A stretch of DNA of 64,000 bases from assembly GCA_001798185.1 (NCBI GenBank), contig MGRM01000004.1, positions 56,264-120,263 of the forward strand, written 5' to 3'. This document shows, piece after piece, positions 26,252 to 36,519 of the stretch. Made by a program: the position numbers and the translations under genes. This DNA comes from Deltaproteobacteria bacterium RIFCSPHIGHO2_02_FULL_44_16. GTDB lineage: Bacteria; UBA10199; 2-02-FULL-44-16. Below the pieces are notes generated by a model. It was not told where the DNA came from, did no database searches, and saw only the letters and a program-made list of their open reading frames with translations. Numbering within the stretch: position 1 is the stretch's first letter; each line of letters starts with the position of its first letter.

Positions 26252-28186
26252 ATGGACACGATTGCCGAGACAATTCCAACAAATAAACTGAAAGCAAATG
26301 TGCCCATTCTCTCGTTTCGCGCAGCCTTTGAACCCTCCACAATCGATTCCGAAAAGAGAAGCGTTGTCGTCCGCTGGTCCACGGGAGCTAAAGTTTTGCG
26401 CGGTGGATTTTTTACCGAACCTTTTCATGAAGAACTCTCGCTCCACAACGAATCGGTTCGCATGGACCGTTTGCGAAGCGGTGCTCCTTTATTGAATTCT
26501 CATGCCAGTCAACATTTATCCGATCAAATCGGGGTGGTTGAAGACGCCTGGCTCCAAGATGGGGCTGGCTATGCCCGCGTGCGATTCAGCGGCAGGCAAG
26601 ATGCCGGTCCCATCTTCCAGGATGTCAAAGATGGCATCGTTCGGAATGTTTCAGTCGGGTATCGCGTCTATAAATATAAGGATGTGAGCCAGGAGGGAGA
26701 TCCCGTCAAAACACTCCGAGCTGTGGATTGGGAACCGATGGAAATTTCGCTCGTGCCTATCGGAGCCGACGCCGGTGCCAACATCAGATCCTTCGACAGG
26801 CTCAGGACGGAGTCTGAAAAAGAAAATGTGAACGAATGCGAAATTGAAGTTCGCGCTCAAACCAAAAGAATTGAGGAGAGTATGATGCACATCGATATCG
26901 AGACAATTAAAAAAGAGACGTTAGAAGCAGAGCGTAAAAGGATTTCTGAAATCACCACATTAGTCCGAAAATTTAATCTCGATGAGGCGTTTTCGGCATC
27001 GCTCATCGATCAAACTGTGTCTGTTGAAGAAGCCCGTTCCCAAATTTTAAATAAGCTGGCTGAGCGCACTGAAAAAGAGGGAAACATTCGAAACCATGTG
27101 GATGTTCATGTGACCCGTGATGAAGCGGATACCCGCCGTTCTGGCATGATCGAATCCTTACTTCATCGATATGATCCAAAAACGAATAAGATCAGCGAGA
27201 AAGGGACTCCTTACATTGGCATGAGCCTTCTTCGCTTAGCTGAAGAAGTCCTCGTACGAAATCATATTTCTATCCGTGGCTTGACCAAGTCCGATATTGC
27301 TCAGCGCGCTTTTCTCTCTACCAGTGATTTCCCAGCTGTTCTTGCGAATGTTGCAAATAAAACCTTGAGGCAGGCGTATGAGCTCGCACCTCAAACATTC
27401 CGTCCTTTTGTACGACAAGTCTTTCTTCCGGATTTCAAGGAAGTTTCTCGTATTCAATTAAGCGAAGCCCCCAAGTTGGAGAAAGTGAACCAGTCAGGAG
27501 AATTTAAATATGGGGTTTTGAGTGATGCGGCTGAGAAATACAGCCTAGGAACGTTTGGAAAAATCATCGCCATCAACCGCCAGGTGGTGATCAATGATGA
27601 CCTGGAAGCCTTCACCAGAATTCCCGCCCTGCACGGAAGAGCTGCCGCTGATCTTGAAAGTGATCTGGTCTATGCGGTCTTCATGGCGAATGCCGTATTG
27701 GCCGATGGTATTCCGCTTTTTCATGCCACGCATACGAACTTGGGAACTCCAGGTGCGATCAGTGAAGTGACGTTGGGTGAAGGCCGCAAGCTCATGAGAA
27801 GACAATCCGGCCTTCAAAGAGGAAGAGACAAACAACTCCTGAATATTCAAGCTCGCTACTTGATCGTTCCTGCAGCACTGGAAACGTTAGCTCAAAAACA
27901 ATTGGCAGCGATTATCCCGAACAGTTCTACGGAGGTAAATCCTTTTTCAGGACTCTATACCTTGATTGCGGAACCGAGACTCGATGATCACTCCGCTACC
28001 GCTTGGTATTTGGCTGCGGATCCTGCACAGATTGACACCATTGAGATCGCCTACCTGCAAGGACAAGCCGGTGTCTATACGGAAAACCGACAAGGTTTTG
28101 AAATTGACGGCCTTGAGATTAAAGCTCGTTTGGATTGCGCGGTGAAGGCGATCGACCATCGAGGTCTTTTGAAGAACGCAGGATAA
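26252..28186 (+). CDS. Prohead protease (S78/HK97-type) fused to major capsid protein
   Basis: N-terminal protease part (LLNSHAS, NVSVGYRV, EISLVPIGADAGA). C-terminal capsid part (SDFPAVLANVANKTLRQAY..., GKIIAINRQVVINDDLEAF). Confidence 0.75.
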   Translation: MDTIAETIPTNKLKANVPILSFRAAFEPSTIDSEKRSVVVRWSTGAKVLRGGFFTEPFHEELSLHNESVRMDRLRSGAPLLNSHASQHLSDQIGVVEDAWLQDGAGYARVRFSGRQDAGPIFQDVKDGIVRNVSVGYRVYKYKDVSQEGDPVKTLRAVDWEPMEISLVPIGADAGANIRSFDRLRTESEKENVNECEIEVRAQTKRIEESMMHIDIETIKKETLEAERKRISEITTLVRKFNLDEAFSASLIDQTVSVEEARSQILNKLAERTEKEGNIRNHVDVHVTRDEADTRRSGMIESLLHRYDPKTNKISEKGTPYIGMSLLRLAEEVLVRNHISIRGLTKSDIAQRAFLSTSDFPAVLANVANKTLRQAYELAPQTFRPFVRQVFLPDFKEVSRIQLSEAPKLEKVNQSGEFKYGVLSDAAEKYSLGTFGKIIAINRQVVINDDLEAFTRIPALHGRAAADLESDLVYAVFMANAVLADGIPLFHATHTNLGTPGAISEVTLGEGRKLMRRQSGLQRGRDKQLLNIQARYLIVPAALETLAQKQLAAIIPNSSTEVNPFSGLYTLIAEPRLDDHSATAWYLAADPAQIDTIEIAYLQGQAGVYTENRQGFEIDGLEIKARLDCAVKAIDHRGLLKNAG

Positions 28187-28204
28187 ACATAAGGAGAATT
28201 GATT

Positions 28205-28531
28205 ATGAAAAACTTTATTCAACCGGGGAATACCATCACCGTTGTTTCTCCCGCCATCATCTCGAGTGGCGACGGTGTGCTCATCCAGAACCTCTTTGGG
28301 GTAGCCGCCTATGATGCCATCAAGAAGGATCCTTTAGAGCTTGTGCTCGAAGGAGTCTTTTTCCTTCCCAAAGCCGGTATTCCTATTGCCCAAGGAGCAC
28401 GGGTGTATTGGGACAACAATCTCGCCCATGTCACTACCGTGGCCCAAGGCAACACGTTGATCGGCGTTGCAACGGCAGATACCCTTCTCGCAGAGACTAG
28501 CGTGGAGGTTCGGTTAAACGGAGCTTTCTAA
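28205..28531 (+). CDS. DUF2190 head decoration/cement-like protein
   Basis: FIQPGNTITVV...GARVYWD pattern. AAGGAG lies 8 nt upstream of ATG 28205. Confidence 0.6.
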   Translation: MKNFIQPGNTITVVSPAIISSGDGVLIQNLFGVAAYDAIKKDPLELVLEGVFFLPKAGIPIAQGARVYWDNNLAHVTTVAQGNTLIGVATADTLLAETSVEVRLNGAF

Positions 28532-28540
28532 GGAGAAGAA

Positions 28541-28855
28541 ATGACCTGGTTGGAAACAACCGGATTTGTGCTGGGACATTGTCTGACAACGTTCGGCGAG
28601 GATATAACGTATACCCCAAAGGGGGGCGCGCCCGTCGTCATGATCGGTATCTTTGATGATTTCTACGAGAGTGTTGATCCCAATACCGGTGCCATCATCA
28701 CTTCCCAGCAACCGATCGTGGGTATTCGAGATTTGGATTTAGGTCAGACGCCACGACAAGACGATCGGGTTTTCGTGAGAGGAATTTTGTATCGCGTGAA
28801 GGAAGTGCAAACAGACGGGCAAGGTGGAAGTAAGCTCTACCTCCACAAGGTGTAG
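28541..28855 (+). CDS. Head-tail attachment protein (gpFII-like)
   Basis: IGIFDDFYESVD...VGIRDLDL...DDRVFVRGILYRVKEVQTDGQGGSKLYL parallels the lambda FII layout. Confidence 0.55.
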   Translation: MTWLETTGFVLGHCLTTFGEDITYTPKGGAPVVMIGIFDDFYESVDPNTGAIITSQQPIVGIRDLDLGQTPRQDDRVFVRGILYRVKEVQTDGQGGSKLYLHKV

Positions 28856-28858
28856 CTC

Positions 28859-29392
28859 ATGCATCAGAGAAAACAAATTCGGGATAAAATTGTTTCACTG
28901 CTGATGGGAAAAACGGATGCAGGAAATAATATCTTTCCCTCAAGAGTGAGACCACTTGAAGAGCAGAGCCTTTCAAGCATTCAGGTGTATGCCAATTCAG
29001 AGAGTTCTGAAATCTGGCAGGAAGCGCCTCGGGAGTATGAACGAAAACTCTCCCTTTCGATTCAGATTACGGCAAAAGCGGATGAAGGCCTCGAGAACAC
29101 ACTGGATATCATTGCAGAACAGGTCGAAGACTTGTTGAGACAAGACCATACGCTGGGAGAATTATGTCGCGACGTTATTCTGACAGGAACCGAACTGACC
29201 ATTCACGAAAATGGTGATACTCTGATTGGCTCCTGCAACATCACCTACGATATTCTTTACTACACACTGGCTGTGGCCGATCGGATTCCTGAGAATGGAT
29301 ACAATGATCTCCATGAAATGGACATCACTTGGCATGGACCCCAAAGCCCGTCGGGACAAGAGGATGCCCGAGATGTGCTCGACTTAAGATAA
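28859..29392 (+). CDS. Neck/tail-terminator-like protein (Mu gp37-like)
   Basis: Call rests on its position between the head-completion and sheath genes and on its size. Weak sequence pattern only. Confidence 0.35.
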   Translation: MHQRKQIRDKIVSLLMGKTDAGNNIFPSRVRPLEEQSLSSIQVYANSESSEIWQEAPREYERKLSLSIQITAKADEGLENTLDIIAEQVEDLLRQDHTLGELCRDVILTGTELTIHENGDTLIGSCNITYDILYYTLAVADRIPENGYNDLHEMDITWHGPQSPSGQEDARDVLDLR

Positions 29393-29398
29393 GGAAAT

Positions 29399-29602
29399 AT
29401 GGAAACAAAAACTTTAAAACCGACTGGTGATGCAAAAATAAGGGACCCACAAACCAAAGAATATTTACCCGAAGAAGGGCGACTCGTTGAAATGACTTCC
29501 TATTGGAATCGGCGGATTCAGGATGGAACTGTCATGATCGTTCCTGATCAAAATGCCATCTTGAAGAGTGAAAAACCTCAGAAAAAAGGGAGTGACGCAT
29601 GA
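29399..29602 (+). CDS. DUF2635 small protein
   Basis: KIRDPQTKEYLPEEG...SYWNRRIQDGTV, typical of the small gene preceding Mu-type sheath genes. Confidence 0.55.
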   Translation: METKTLKPTGDAKIRDPQTKEYLPEEGRLVEMTSYWNRRIQDGTVMIVPDQNAILKSEKPQKKGSDA

Positions 29603-31065
29603 GCATTTCATTCAACCAAATTCCCAATGATCGTCGCGTTCCCTTTGTCTATATTGAGTTTGATAACAGTCGCGCTGTGACCGGACCTCAAACTCAACCT
29701 TACAAAATTCTGCACATCGGCCAAAGAATTGCTACCGGGACCAAACCGGCTTTAATTCCTGTCCAAGTGACAAGCCTCGACCAGGCCTCGAGCTATTTTG
29801 GCGCCGGTTCGGTGTTGCACAAGATGCTCCAAGGTCATTTTGAGAACAATACATCGACTGAGATCTGGGTCCTCCCCTTGGATGATGTTTCCGCTTCGGT
29901 AAAGGCTTCAGGACAATTCACTGTGGGAGGTATGGCAACAGAATCGGGTATTCTTTCGGTCTATATTGGAGGGCAAAGGATTCAATCTGCAGTGACGTTG
30001 GGCAACACCGCAGTACAAGTGGCTACCATCTTAAAAGCAGCACTTGATGCAGCAACAGATTCGTCTGTGACAGCAACGCTTGCAAACGCAACGGTCACCG
30101 TCACCGCAAAGAACGGCGGCGAAATCGGAAACTTTATCGACCTTCGGCACAGCTACTACGATGGTGAAAAAATCCCTGCGGGACTTACCTTGACGATGAC
30201 GCCGATGGCCTCCGGAGCAGGAAATCCGGATGTGAATCCAGCCTTCACGGCCATTGGTTCCGAACAATATAACGTAATCGTCGTCCCTTATACCGATCAA
30301 GCGAATCTCACGAAAATTGATACGGAACTTTCCCATCGCTGGGGACCGATCACTCAAGATGATGGGATTGCGATTGCTGTTTCAAATATTGCCTATGCGA
30401 ACCTGGTGAGCCTTGGAAATGCTCAAAACTCACCGCACCTTTCCATTGTTGAAGCTTTCAAACATCCCACGCTTCCGTGGCAGATTGCCGGAGCCGTCGG
30501 AGCCGTGGTTGCCTCTTATGGTTCCATTGATCCCGCCAGACCCTTCCAGACATTGCCCTTGAACGGGATTCTTTCTCCGCAAGTAGGTGAACGACTCACC
30601 CATGATGAAAGGAATCTCCTTCTCTATGATGGAATCTCCACTCTGTATGCGGACACGGGCGGCAAGGTCCGCATTGAACGGATGATTACCACCTACAAGA
30701 CTAACGCCTTCGGAGCTGCAGATAGCTCCTATCTGGATGTCAATACGATCCTGACGCTTTCGTATCTTCGCTATGATTTAAGGAACTATATTTTACGAAA
30801 ATATCCGCGCCATAAAATTGCAAACGACGGGACACGCTTTGGTCCAGGACAGGCAATCGTCACTCCAAAACTCATGAAGGCAGAAATCATTGCCAAATTC
30901 AGGGAATGGGAAGGCATCGGGCTCGTCGAAGATATCTCGCAATTCAAGAATGATCTCATTGTCGAAAGGCATGCATCCGATCCGAATCGTTTGGATGTCA
31001 TGATGCCGCCGAATTTAGTGAATCAATTAATCGTGACAGCAGCACAGATTGGATTTGTTTTATGA
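29599..31065 (+). CDS. Contractile tail sheath protein (Mu gpL-like)
   Basis: 488 aa. RVPFVYIEFDNS start, ILSPQ...ERNLLLYDGIST, followed by tube and chaperone genes. Confidence 0.8.
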   Translation: MSISFNQIPNDRRVPFVYIEFDNSRAVTGPQTQPYKILHIGQRIATGTKPALIPVQVTSLDQASSYFGAGSVLHKMLQGHFENNTSTEIWVLPLDDVSASVKASGQFTVGGMATESGILSVYIGGQRIQSAVTLGNTAVQVATILKAALDAATDSSVTATLANATVTVTAKNGGEIGNFIDLRHSYYDGEKIPAGLTLTMTPMASGAGNPDVNPAFTAIGSEQYNVIVVPYTDQANLTKIDTELSHRWGPITQDDGIAIAVSNIAYANLVSLGNAQNSPHLSIVEAFKHPTLPWQIAGAVGAVVASYGSIDPARPFQTLPLNGILSPQVGERLTHDERNLLLYDGISTLYADTGGKVRIERMITTYKTNAFGAADSSYLDVNTILTLSYLRYDLRNYILRKYPRHKIANDGTRFGPGQAIVTPKLMKAEIIAKFREWEGIGLVEDISQFKNDLIVERHASDPNRLDVMMPPNLVNQLIVTAAQIGFVL

Positions 31066-31100
31066 CCGAAGGAAATCCCCTTGTGGGATAGGAGACTTCA

Positions 31101-31469
31101 ATGGCTCAACGACGTGCAGGGATTATTTTTTTAAAAATTGATGGAGCGCAGTTCGACGCCAAAGGCAATTTCACCTACGGCATGGGAAAACCCATGCGCG
31201 AGTCGATCATGGGATCTGATGGGTTCCACGGCTATAAAGAGATGCCTCAAGCAGCCTTTATCGAAGGTGAGATTACCGACAGCAAGGATCTCGATATTGA
31301 TACGTTGGCTTCCGTCACCGATTCTACCATCACGCTAGAACTCGCGAACGGAAAAGTGGTCACGTTGCGGAATGCATTTATCACCAACAAAGACGGCCTT
31401 TCTGGTCAGACCGAAGAAGGAAATATTCCGGTCCGCTTCGAAGGCGCCAGTGCCGAGGAGGTCAAGTGA
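31101..31469 (+). CDS. Tail tube protein (Mu gpM-like)
   Basis: 122 aa, with AGIIFLKIDGAQFDAKGNFTY. Position after the sheath gene. Confidence 0.7.
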   Translation: MAQRRAGIIFLKIDGAQFDAKGNFTYGMGKPMRESIMGSDGFHGYKEMPQAAFIEGEITDSKDLDIDTLASVTDSTITLELANGKVVTLRNAFITNKDGLSGQTEEGNIPVRFEGASAEEVK

Positions 31470-31738
31470 AAGAGTCCATTCAGGAAATAAAACTTTCAGA
31501 ACCACTTCAGTTCGGAACGGAAAGAATCGAAACGCTTACCTTCCGAAAAGCCAAGGCAAAAGATTTTCGAGAGATGCCCATCACTCCAAATGTTGGTGAT
31601 CTTTTAAATGTAGCAGCCAAGCTGACTGCACAGCCTTACTCCGTCATCGATATGCTTTCTCCCAAAGATATGGCGGAGGTCATGAAAATCCTGGGGGAGC
31701 TTATGGGCGATGGCCCCGAGACTGGCGTCAAGCTCTAG
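31466..31738 (+). CDS. Tail assembly chaperone
   Basis: 90 aa immediately upstream of the tape measure gene, with LSEPLQFGTERIETLTFRKAKAKDFRE. Confidence 0.7.
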   Translation: MKESIQEIKLSEPLQFGTERIETLTFRKAKAKDFREMPITPNVGDLLNVAAKLTAQPYSVIDMLSPKDMAEVMKILGELMGDGPETGVKL

Positions 31739-31851
31739 GAGCCCTCGCGTATCATTTCCATTTTCAACCCTCGGAACTCTGGGAGATGGAGATCCAGGAA
31801 ATTACTTTCTGGATGCAACGACTCATGGAGATGAATGCGCGTGGCCACTGA
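31466..31851 (+). CDS. Tail assembly chaperone, -1 frameshift-extended form (predicted)
   Basis: The -1 frame is open from at least 31681 to TGA 31849-31851 (..ALGALAYHFHFQPSELWEMEIQEITFWMQRLMEMNARGH) and overlaps the tape measure start. A G5 run at 31693-31697 is the candidate slip site. Confidence 0.45.
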
Positions 31852-33643
31852 ATCTTTCAAATTAGCCCTCGTCATCAAAGCCTTTGATCAGGTCACCGCT
31901 CCGCTGAAAAAAATCAATGACTCCTTAGAGAAACTCCAAGTTCCTTTGCGGCGCATTCATAATTCATTCAGAGGGCTCACCCAAGCCGCTGGCTTTGAGA
32001 AATTAAGTTCGTCCTTTGGCAGAGTGGGACAAGCCATTGGAGATCTTGGTTCAAGTCTTTGGTCGGTGGGGAAAAAGTTCGCTCTCTTTGGTGGACTCAC
32101 GGGTGTTGCTCTGGGCAAACTTATCCATGACAATGTTGAGGCTGCAAGTAAGCTCCATGACCTTTCGATCACAACAGGTGTCGGTGTGGAGGCCCTTCAA
32201 ACCCTTGGCTATGCGTTTGAGCAATCAGGAGGAAGTGCTGAAGGGTTCCAAACCGCTCTCATCAAATTCGGAAAGAATTTCGGGAGTTTGAAACTCGGAA
32301 AAGGTCCGCTCGCGGAATTACTGAAAGCCACAAATCCTCAACTCCTTGGGTCTTTAAAGAACATGAAGAGCGTCGAAGAAGCTTTTAGGCTCATGATTCA
32401 GGCCGCAGGCCATGCAAAGAGCGACGCAACGAGGATCTCTCTTGCCGCTACTCTCTTCGGGAAAGACACGGAGTCTGTCACGGCCTTCACCAATCTTGCC
32501 AAAGCGGGAATTGAGGAACTTACAAAGCTGGAGCAAGAAACCCCTGGTGTTGTTTCGAGTGAACAGATTGATCGTGCCGAGAGCTTTGGTGACCTGCTGC
32601 GCAGGCTTTCATTACAGTTCAACGCAATGGTGAAGCCGATTGTCATGTCTGTGATCCCCGCATTGGATCAGTTGGGACGGAGATTCGCGGATTTTCTCCA
32701 GGGGAAAGAAAACGATGTCCGTAAATGGGCGGAAGACTTCGGAGAAAAATTGCCGGCCCGTCTTCAGGTCCTTTCAGAAGCTCTCAGCGGCTTTTGGAAA
32801 GCCTTACAGCCGGTGAGAAGTTTTCTAAAATTTATTGCCGAAGATTCAACACGCCTCGAAATTGCTCTTGGTGTTCTCGCAGCCATTATTTTGGGGCCAG
32901 TGATTGCATCGATCTACTCATTGGGAACTGCGTTGGTGGGTTTGGGTATTGCCCTCGTGACGACACCGATCGGTCTCTTTGCACTCGCCTTAACAGCGAT
33001 TATTGCCGTCGGCTGGCTGGTGGTAAAAAATTGGGAAAGGATCAAAGAGTTTTTCGTAACGCTGTGGAATTCGCCTGCTGGCGCTGTTTTTAAATTGGTC
33101 TCACCTCTTGGCTGGCTGATTCAAGCAGGAATTTCTTTGGTGCAACACTGGCAAGAAGTAAAAATATTTTTCCTCAAACTCTGGAACTCCCCTGCAAAAG
33201 CCGTGTTGGTCATGATGTCTCCGATTTTAATGCTCATCGATCTGGCAAAACTCTTGGTCGAACACTGGGAAAAGGTGAAGAAGACTATTGCTGAAACGGT
33301 AAACCTTCTCTTTGGATTCAAAGGCTTAAAAAGCTGGAAGCATTTTTTCGGGTTTGGCGAGCAAGAGCCGGTAAAAGGTTTTAAGGGATTTTTTGCTGAG
33401 GAATCGAAACAGCCACAAAATCCTTTTGCTTTTCTCAATGTCCCGGAAAATGTGGAACCACTGATACCGCAAACATCACCACTTCAAACTTTGAGCGGTG
33501 AACAGCATCCGCAAGTGACAACACAAAATGCACACGTAACCGTCAAATTTGAGAATCTTCCCAAAGGAACTCGAGTTGCAACGGAGAAAAACCAAAACCT
33601 CCCGCTCAACTTGAACTTGGGCTATTCAATGGTGGGGGATTAA
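31835..33643 (+). CDS. Tail tape measure protein
   Basis: 602 aa, helical, with hydrophobic segments (GVLAAIILGPVIASIY...) and repeated W-x-K/E blocks. Canonical position. Confidence 0.8.
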   Translation: MRVATESFKLALVIKAFDQVTAPLKKINDSLEKLQVPLRRIHNSFRGLTQAAGFEKLSSSFGRVGQAIGDLGSSLWSVGKKFALFGGLTGVALGKLIHDNVEAASKLHDLSITTGVGVEALQTLGYAFEQSGGSAEGFQTALIKFGKNFGSLKLGKGPLAELLKATNPQLLGSLKNMKSVEEAFRLMIQAAGHAKSDATRISLAATLFGKDTESVTAFTNLAKAGIEELTKLEQETPGVVSSEQIDRAESFGDLLRRLSLQFNAMVKPIVMSVIPALDQLGRRFADFLQGKENDVRKWAEDFGEKLPARLQVLSEALSGFWKALQPVRSFLKFIAEDSTRLEIALGVLAAIILGPVIASIYSLGTALVGLGIALVTTPIGLFALALTAIIAVGWLVVKNWERIKEFFVTLWNSPAGAVFKLVSPLGWLIQAGISLVQHWQEVKIFFLKLWNSPAKAVLVMMSPILMLIDLAKLLVEHWEKVKKTIAETVNLLFGFKGLKSWKHFFGFGEQEPVKGFKGFFAEESKQPQNPFAFLNVPENVEPLIPQTSPLQTLSGEQHPQVTTQNAHVTVKFENLPKGTRVATEKNQNLPLNLNLGYSMVGD

Positions 33644-34852
33644 ATGGGATGGAAAGAACAACTTCGGAAAGCTTCTTTCAGGGGGATTCCCTTCTTCGTG
33701 GATGCCTCATCATCCGATTTTGGCCGGAGAAATATCCTGCATGAATACCCCTTACGAGACACACCATATTCGGAAGACCTTGGTCGTAAAGCCCGGCAAT
33801 TCATGGTTGAAGCCTATGTCCTGGGCGATGATTATCTCGGAAAACGGGACGCCTTGATTGCTGTTTGTGAAAGACCTGGCCAAGGTCAGTTGATTCATCC
33901 TTATTACGGACAAAAACTTGTCGCCGTCATCGCATGCCGGGTGGAAGAAAGAGTCCTAGAAGGAAGGCTTGCCCGATTTTCCATGACCTTTGCGGAAGCT
34001 GGTGAACGAATTTTTCCGGCGTCCAGGAAGGACGCTTTTTCGCGCCTTATTTCTGCCAAAGACAATCTGCTCTCCAAAGCACAAGTGGGATTCGAAAGAA
34101 GTTATCAAACACTTGGGTTTCCTCAATTCGTTCTCAATACGATGAAGGATACCGTGAGAGTGTTTTCCAACACCTTGATTGGTATCAAAGGGTCTCTCGA
34201 AGGAGGGTTTGCCGAGTTTTATTATGCCGCAAGGCAAATTGCAGAGGACATCGACAGACTTACACCTGATGCTACAAAACTCGCTCCGGCAATTGTGAGC
34301 AGCATCGAAAGGACCAATCATATCTCCGATGATCCCAAAGAAGTCATCACTGCCTACACCGTGTTGATGAATGTTCAACGACAAATACCGGTGATTCCTG
34401 CCACGATGACAACATTTGGATCAACACCGAGTCGCATGCAGGAAAGGAATAACGTGGAAGCGTTTGTCAATCTGGTCAAGCGTATAGCAGTTGCACAAGC
34501 AGCGCCTGTTGTTGCGGAAAATGCATACTCCACCTTGCAAGATGCACTTTCTGCGAGAGATAAAATTCTTACGGTGGTTGATCAACAGATGGGAGTTGCC
34601 GCTAATGATGATGACACCTACCAAGCATTGCATGATCTCCGTAAAACATTAAGCGAGGCTCTTCCGCCTCCGGATAAAGACCTGCCAAGCATTGTGCGGT
34701 ACGAAAATAGTCAGACAAGACCCTCGCTTGTTCTTGCCTATGATCTTTACGAAAAACTGGGATTGGAGACCGACATCATTCAAAGAAATCAAATCGAACA
34801 TCCTGGCTTTGTTCCGGGTGGTGTCGCTTTGGAGGTAATCCGTGACTCCTGA
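33644..34852 (+). CDS. Mu-like DNA circulation protein (gpN/gp43-like)
   Basis: ASFRGIPFFVD...RRNILHEYPLRDTPYSEDLGRKARQF N-terminal domain. Confidence 0.75.
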   Translation: MGWKEQLRKASFRGIPFFVDASSSDFGRRNILHEYPLRDTPYSEDLGRKARQFMVEAYVLGDDYLGKRDALIAVCERPGQGQLIHPYYGQKLVAVIACRVEERVLEGRLARFSMTFAEAGERIFPASRKDAFSRLISAKDNLLSKAQVGFERSYQTLGFPQFVLNTMKDTVRVFSNTLIGIKGSLEGGFAEFYYAARQIAEDIDRLTPDATKLAPAIVSSIERTNHISDDPKEVITAYTVLMNVQRQIPVIPATMTTFGSTPSRMQERNNVEAFVNLVKRIAVAQAAPVVAENAYSTLQDALSARDKILTVVDQQMGVAANDDDTYQALHDLRKTLSEALPPPDKDLPSIVRYENSQTRPSLVLAYDLYEKLGLETDIIQRNQIEHPGFVPGGVALEVIRDS

Positions 34853-35912
34853 TGTTGCTCTTTTTGTGAATGGGCAGAAGTACGAAGGATGGACAGAGGC
34901 CTCGATCAAGCGTTCGGTGAAAGCCATCTCAGGTGAGTTTACCCTCTCTATCACCGATAACTGGAATGGATCAGGGTCGGTCTTTTTTATCCGTATCGGC
35001 GATGAAGCGCAGGTCAAAATTGGAGATGAAGTCCTCGTCACCGGATTTGTGGAGGAGATTCAAAACTCCATCGACGCAAAGAGCCACACGATCACTGTTT
35101 CCGGACGCGATAAGACCGGAGACCTGGTTGATTGTTCCGCGATCTATAAGAGTGGCGAAATCAAAAATGCGGACCTGGTAAAAATCGCTCAACTTTTAAT
35201 CGAACCTTTTGGCTTGGCTGTTCATGCGGAAACCGATGTGGGAGCAGCATTTTCAAGTTTTGTCGTCAAAACGGGTGAGACCGTCTTCGAATCTTTGGAG
35301 CGAGCCGCAAGGCTTCGTGGTGTCATCCTCTCCAGTGATGGTTTTGGCAATCTACTCATGACAAAGATCGGGAAAAATCGAGCGCAGACTTCTCTTATCG
35401 AAGGGCAGAATATCAAACAGGCAAGCATCACCCTCGACACGAAAGAAAGATATTCGAAATACGTTATCAAATCCCAGATGAAGGGAACCGATACCGTTCA
35501 TGGGAAACATGTCTCTCAAGTAAAAGCGAATGGTGATGATCCTGTCATCAAGCGATACCGACCTTTGATTGTGATTGCAGAACAGCAGGCGAATACCGCT
35601 GAAACGAGGATCAGGGCTCAATGGGAAGCGGCTGTTCGGGCTGCAAACTCCTCAAAGATAAGCGTGACGGTCCAAGGTTTTGAACAAAGAGAGGGCGCAG
35701 CCCTTTGGCATGTGAATGATCTGGTTTATTTTGAATCTCAAACCTTGGGCCTTAGCCAAGAATTTTTGATCGCGGATATAGAGATGAAGATATCAGCATC
35801 TGCCGGTCGTGAAACAACCATGACCTTGCAAAAGCCAGATGCCTTCATCCCGAAGCCCGAAGTAGAGAAAAACCATGATCCCGTAAGTCACTATACGGAT
35901 TTTGAGCTATGA
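34842..35912 (+). CDS. Baseplate hub / tail protein gpP-like (Mu gp44, late control D-like)
   Basis: VNGQKYEGWTEASIKRS...SGEFTLSI and ITVSGRDKTGDLVDC segments. Confidence 0.7.
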   Translation: MTPDVALFVNGQKYEGWTEASIKRSVKAISGEFTLSITDNWNGSGSVFFIRIGDEAQVKIGDEVLVTGFVEEIQNSIDAKSHTITVSGRDKTGDLVDCSAIYKSGEIKNADLVKIAQLLIEPFGLAVHAETDVGAAFSSFVVKTGETVFESLERAARLRGVILSSDGFGNLLMTKIGKNRAQTSLIEGQNIKQASITLDTKERYSKYVIKSQMKGTDTVHGKHVSQVKANGDDPVIKRYRPLIVIAEQQANTAETRIRAQWEAAVRAANSSKISVTVQGFEQREGAALWHVNDLVYFESQTLGLSQEFLIADIEMKISASAGRETTMTLQKPDAFIPKPEVEKNHDPVSHYTDFEL

Positions 35913-36508
35913 AAGAGATTCGCAAATTTCTTGATCCCTTGAAACGCCGTATTCTTCTCTCTATCTCAAGAGCAGTGGTTGAAACCATCAAGGACGATGA
36001 AGGGATCCAAAAGATTCAGGCCAGTTTGCTTGCCGATGAAGTGCAGGACAACATGGAACGATTTCAGAATTATGGATTTACCTCTCACCCTCCAAAAGAT
36101 TCTGAGGGAGTTGCTGTCTTTCCCGGAGGCGATCGTTCTCATGGACTCTTGATCGCTGTCGATAACCGTAAATACAGGCTTAAAGGGCTTCAAGGTGGCG
36201 AAGTCGCTGTGTATACGGATGAGGGCGATTCCATCATCCTCAAGCGAAACCATCACATCGAAGTGAATACTCAGCGGCTTACCATTCATGCAACAAATGC
36301 CGTTCAGATCAACACCCCACTGGTTACCTTCAACACGAGTGTTCAGATTGATGGGATGTTAACCGTGAATGGGAATATCATGAGTAGCGTGCACATCTCT
36401 GACAGCATCGGAACAATGGGCGCCATAAGAAATATCTTCAATCAGCATCAACATCAGGAACACGGTGACGGTGGAGGCATCACGGATCCGCCGAATCCGC
36501 AAATGTAG
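35909..36508 (+). CDS. Baseplate assembly protein V / spike (Mu gp45-like)
   Basis: QNYGFTSHPP..GVAVFPGGDRSHG...GGEVAVYTDEGD motif series. Confidence 0.75.
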   Translation: MKEIRKFLDPLKRRILLSISRAVVETIKDDEGIQKIQASLLADEVQDNMERFQNYGFTSHPPKDSEGVAVFPGGDRSHGLLIAVDNRKYRLKGLQGGEVAVYTDEGDSIILKRNHHIEVNTQRLTIHATNAVQINTPLVTFNTSVQIDGMLTVNGNIMSSVHISDSIGTMGAIRNIFNQHQHQEHGDGGGITDPPNPQM

Positions 36509-36519
36509 AGGTAACAGCA

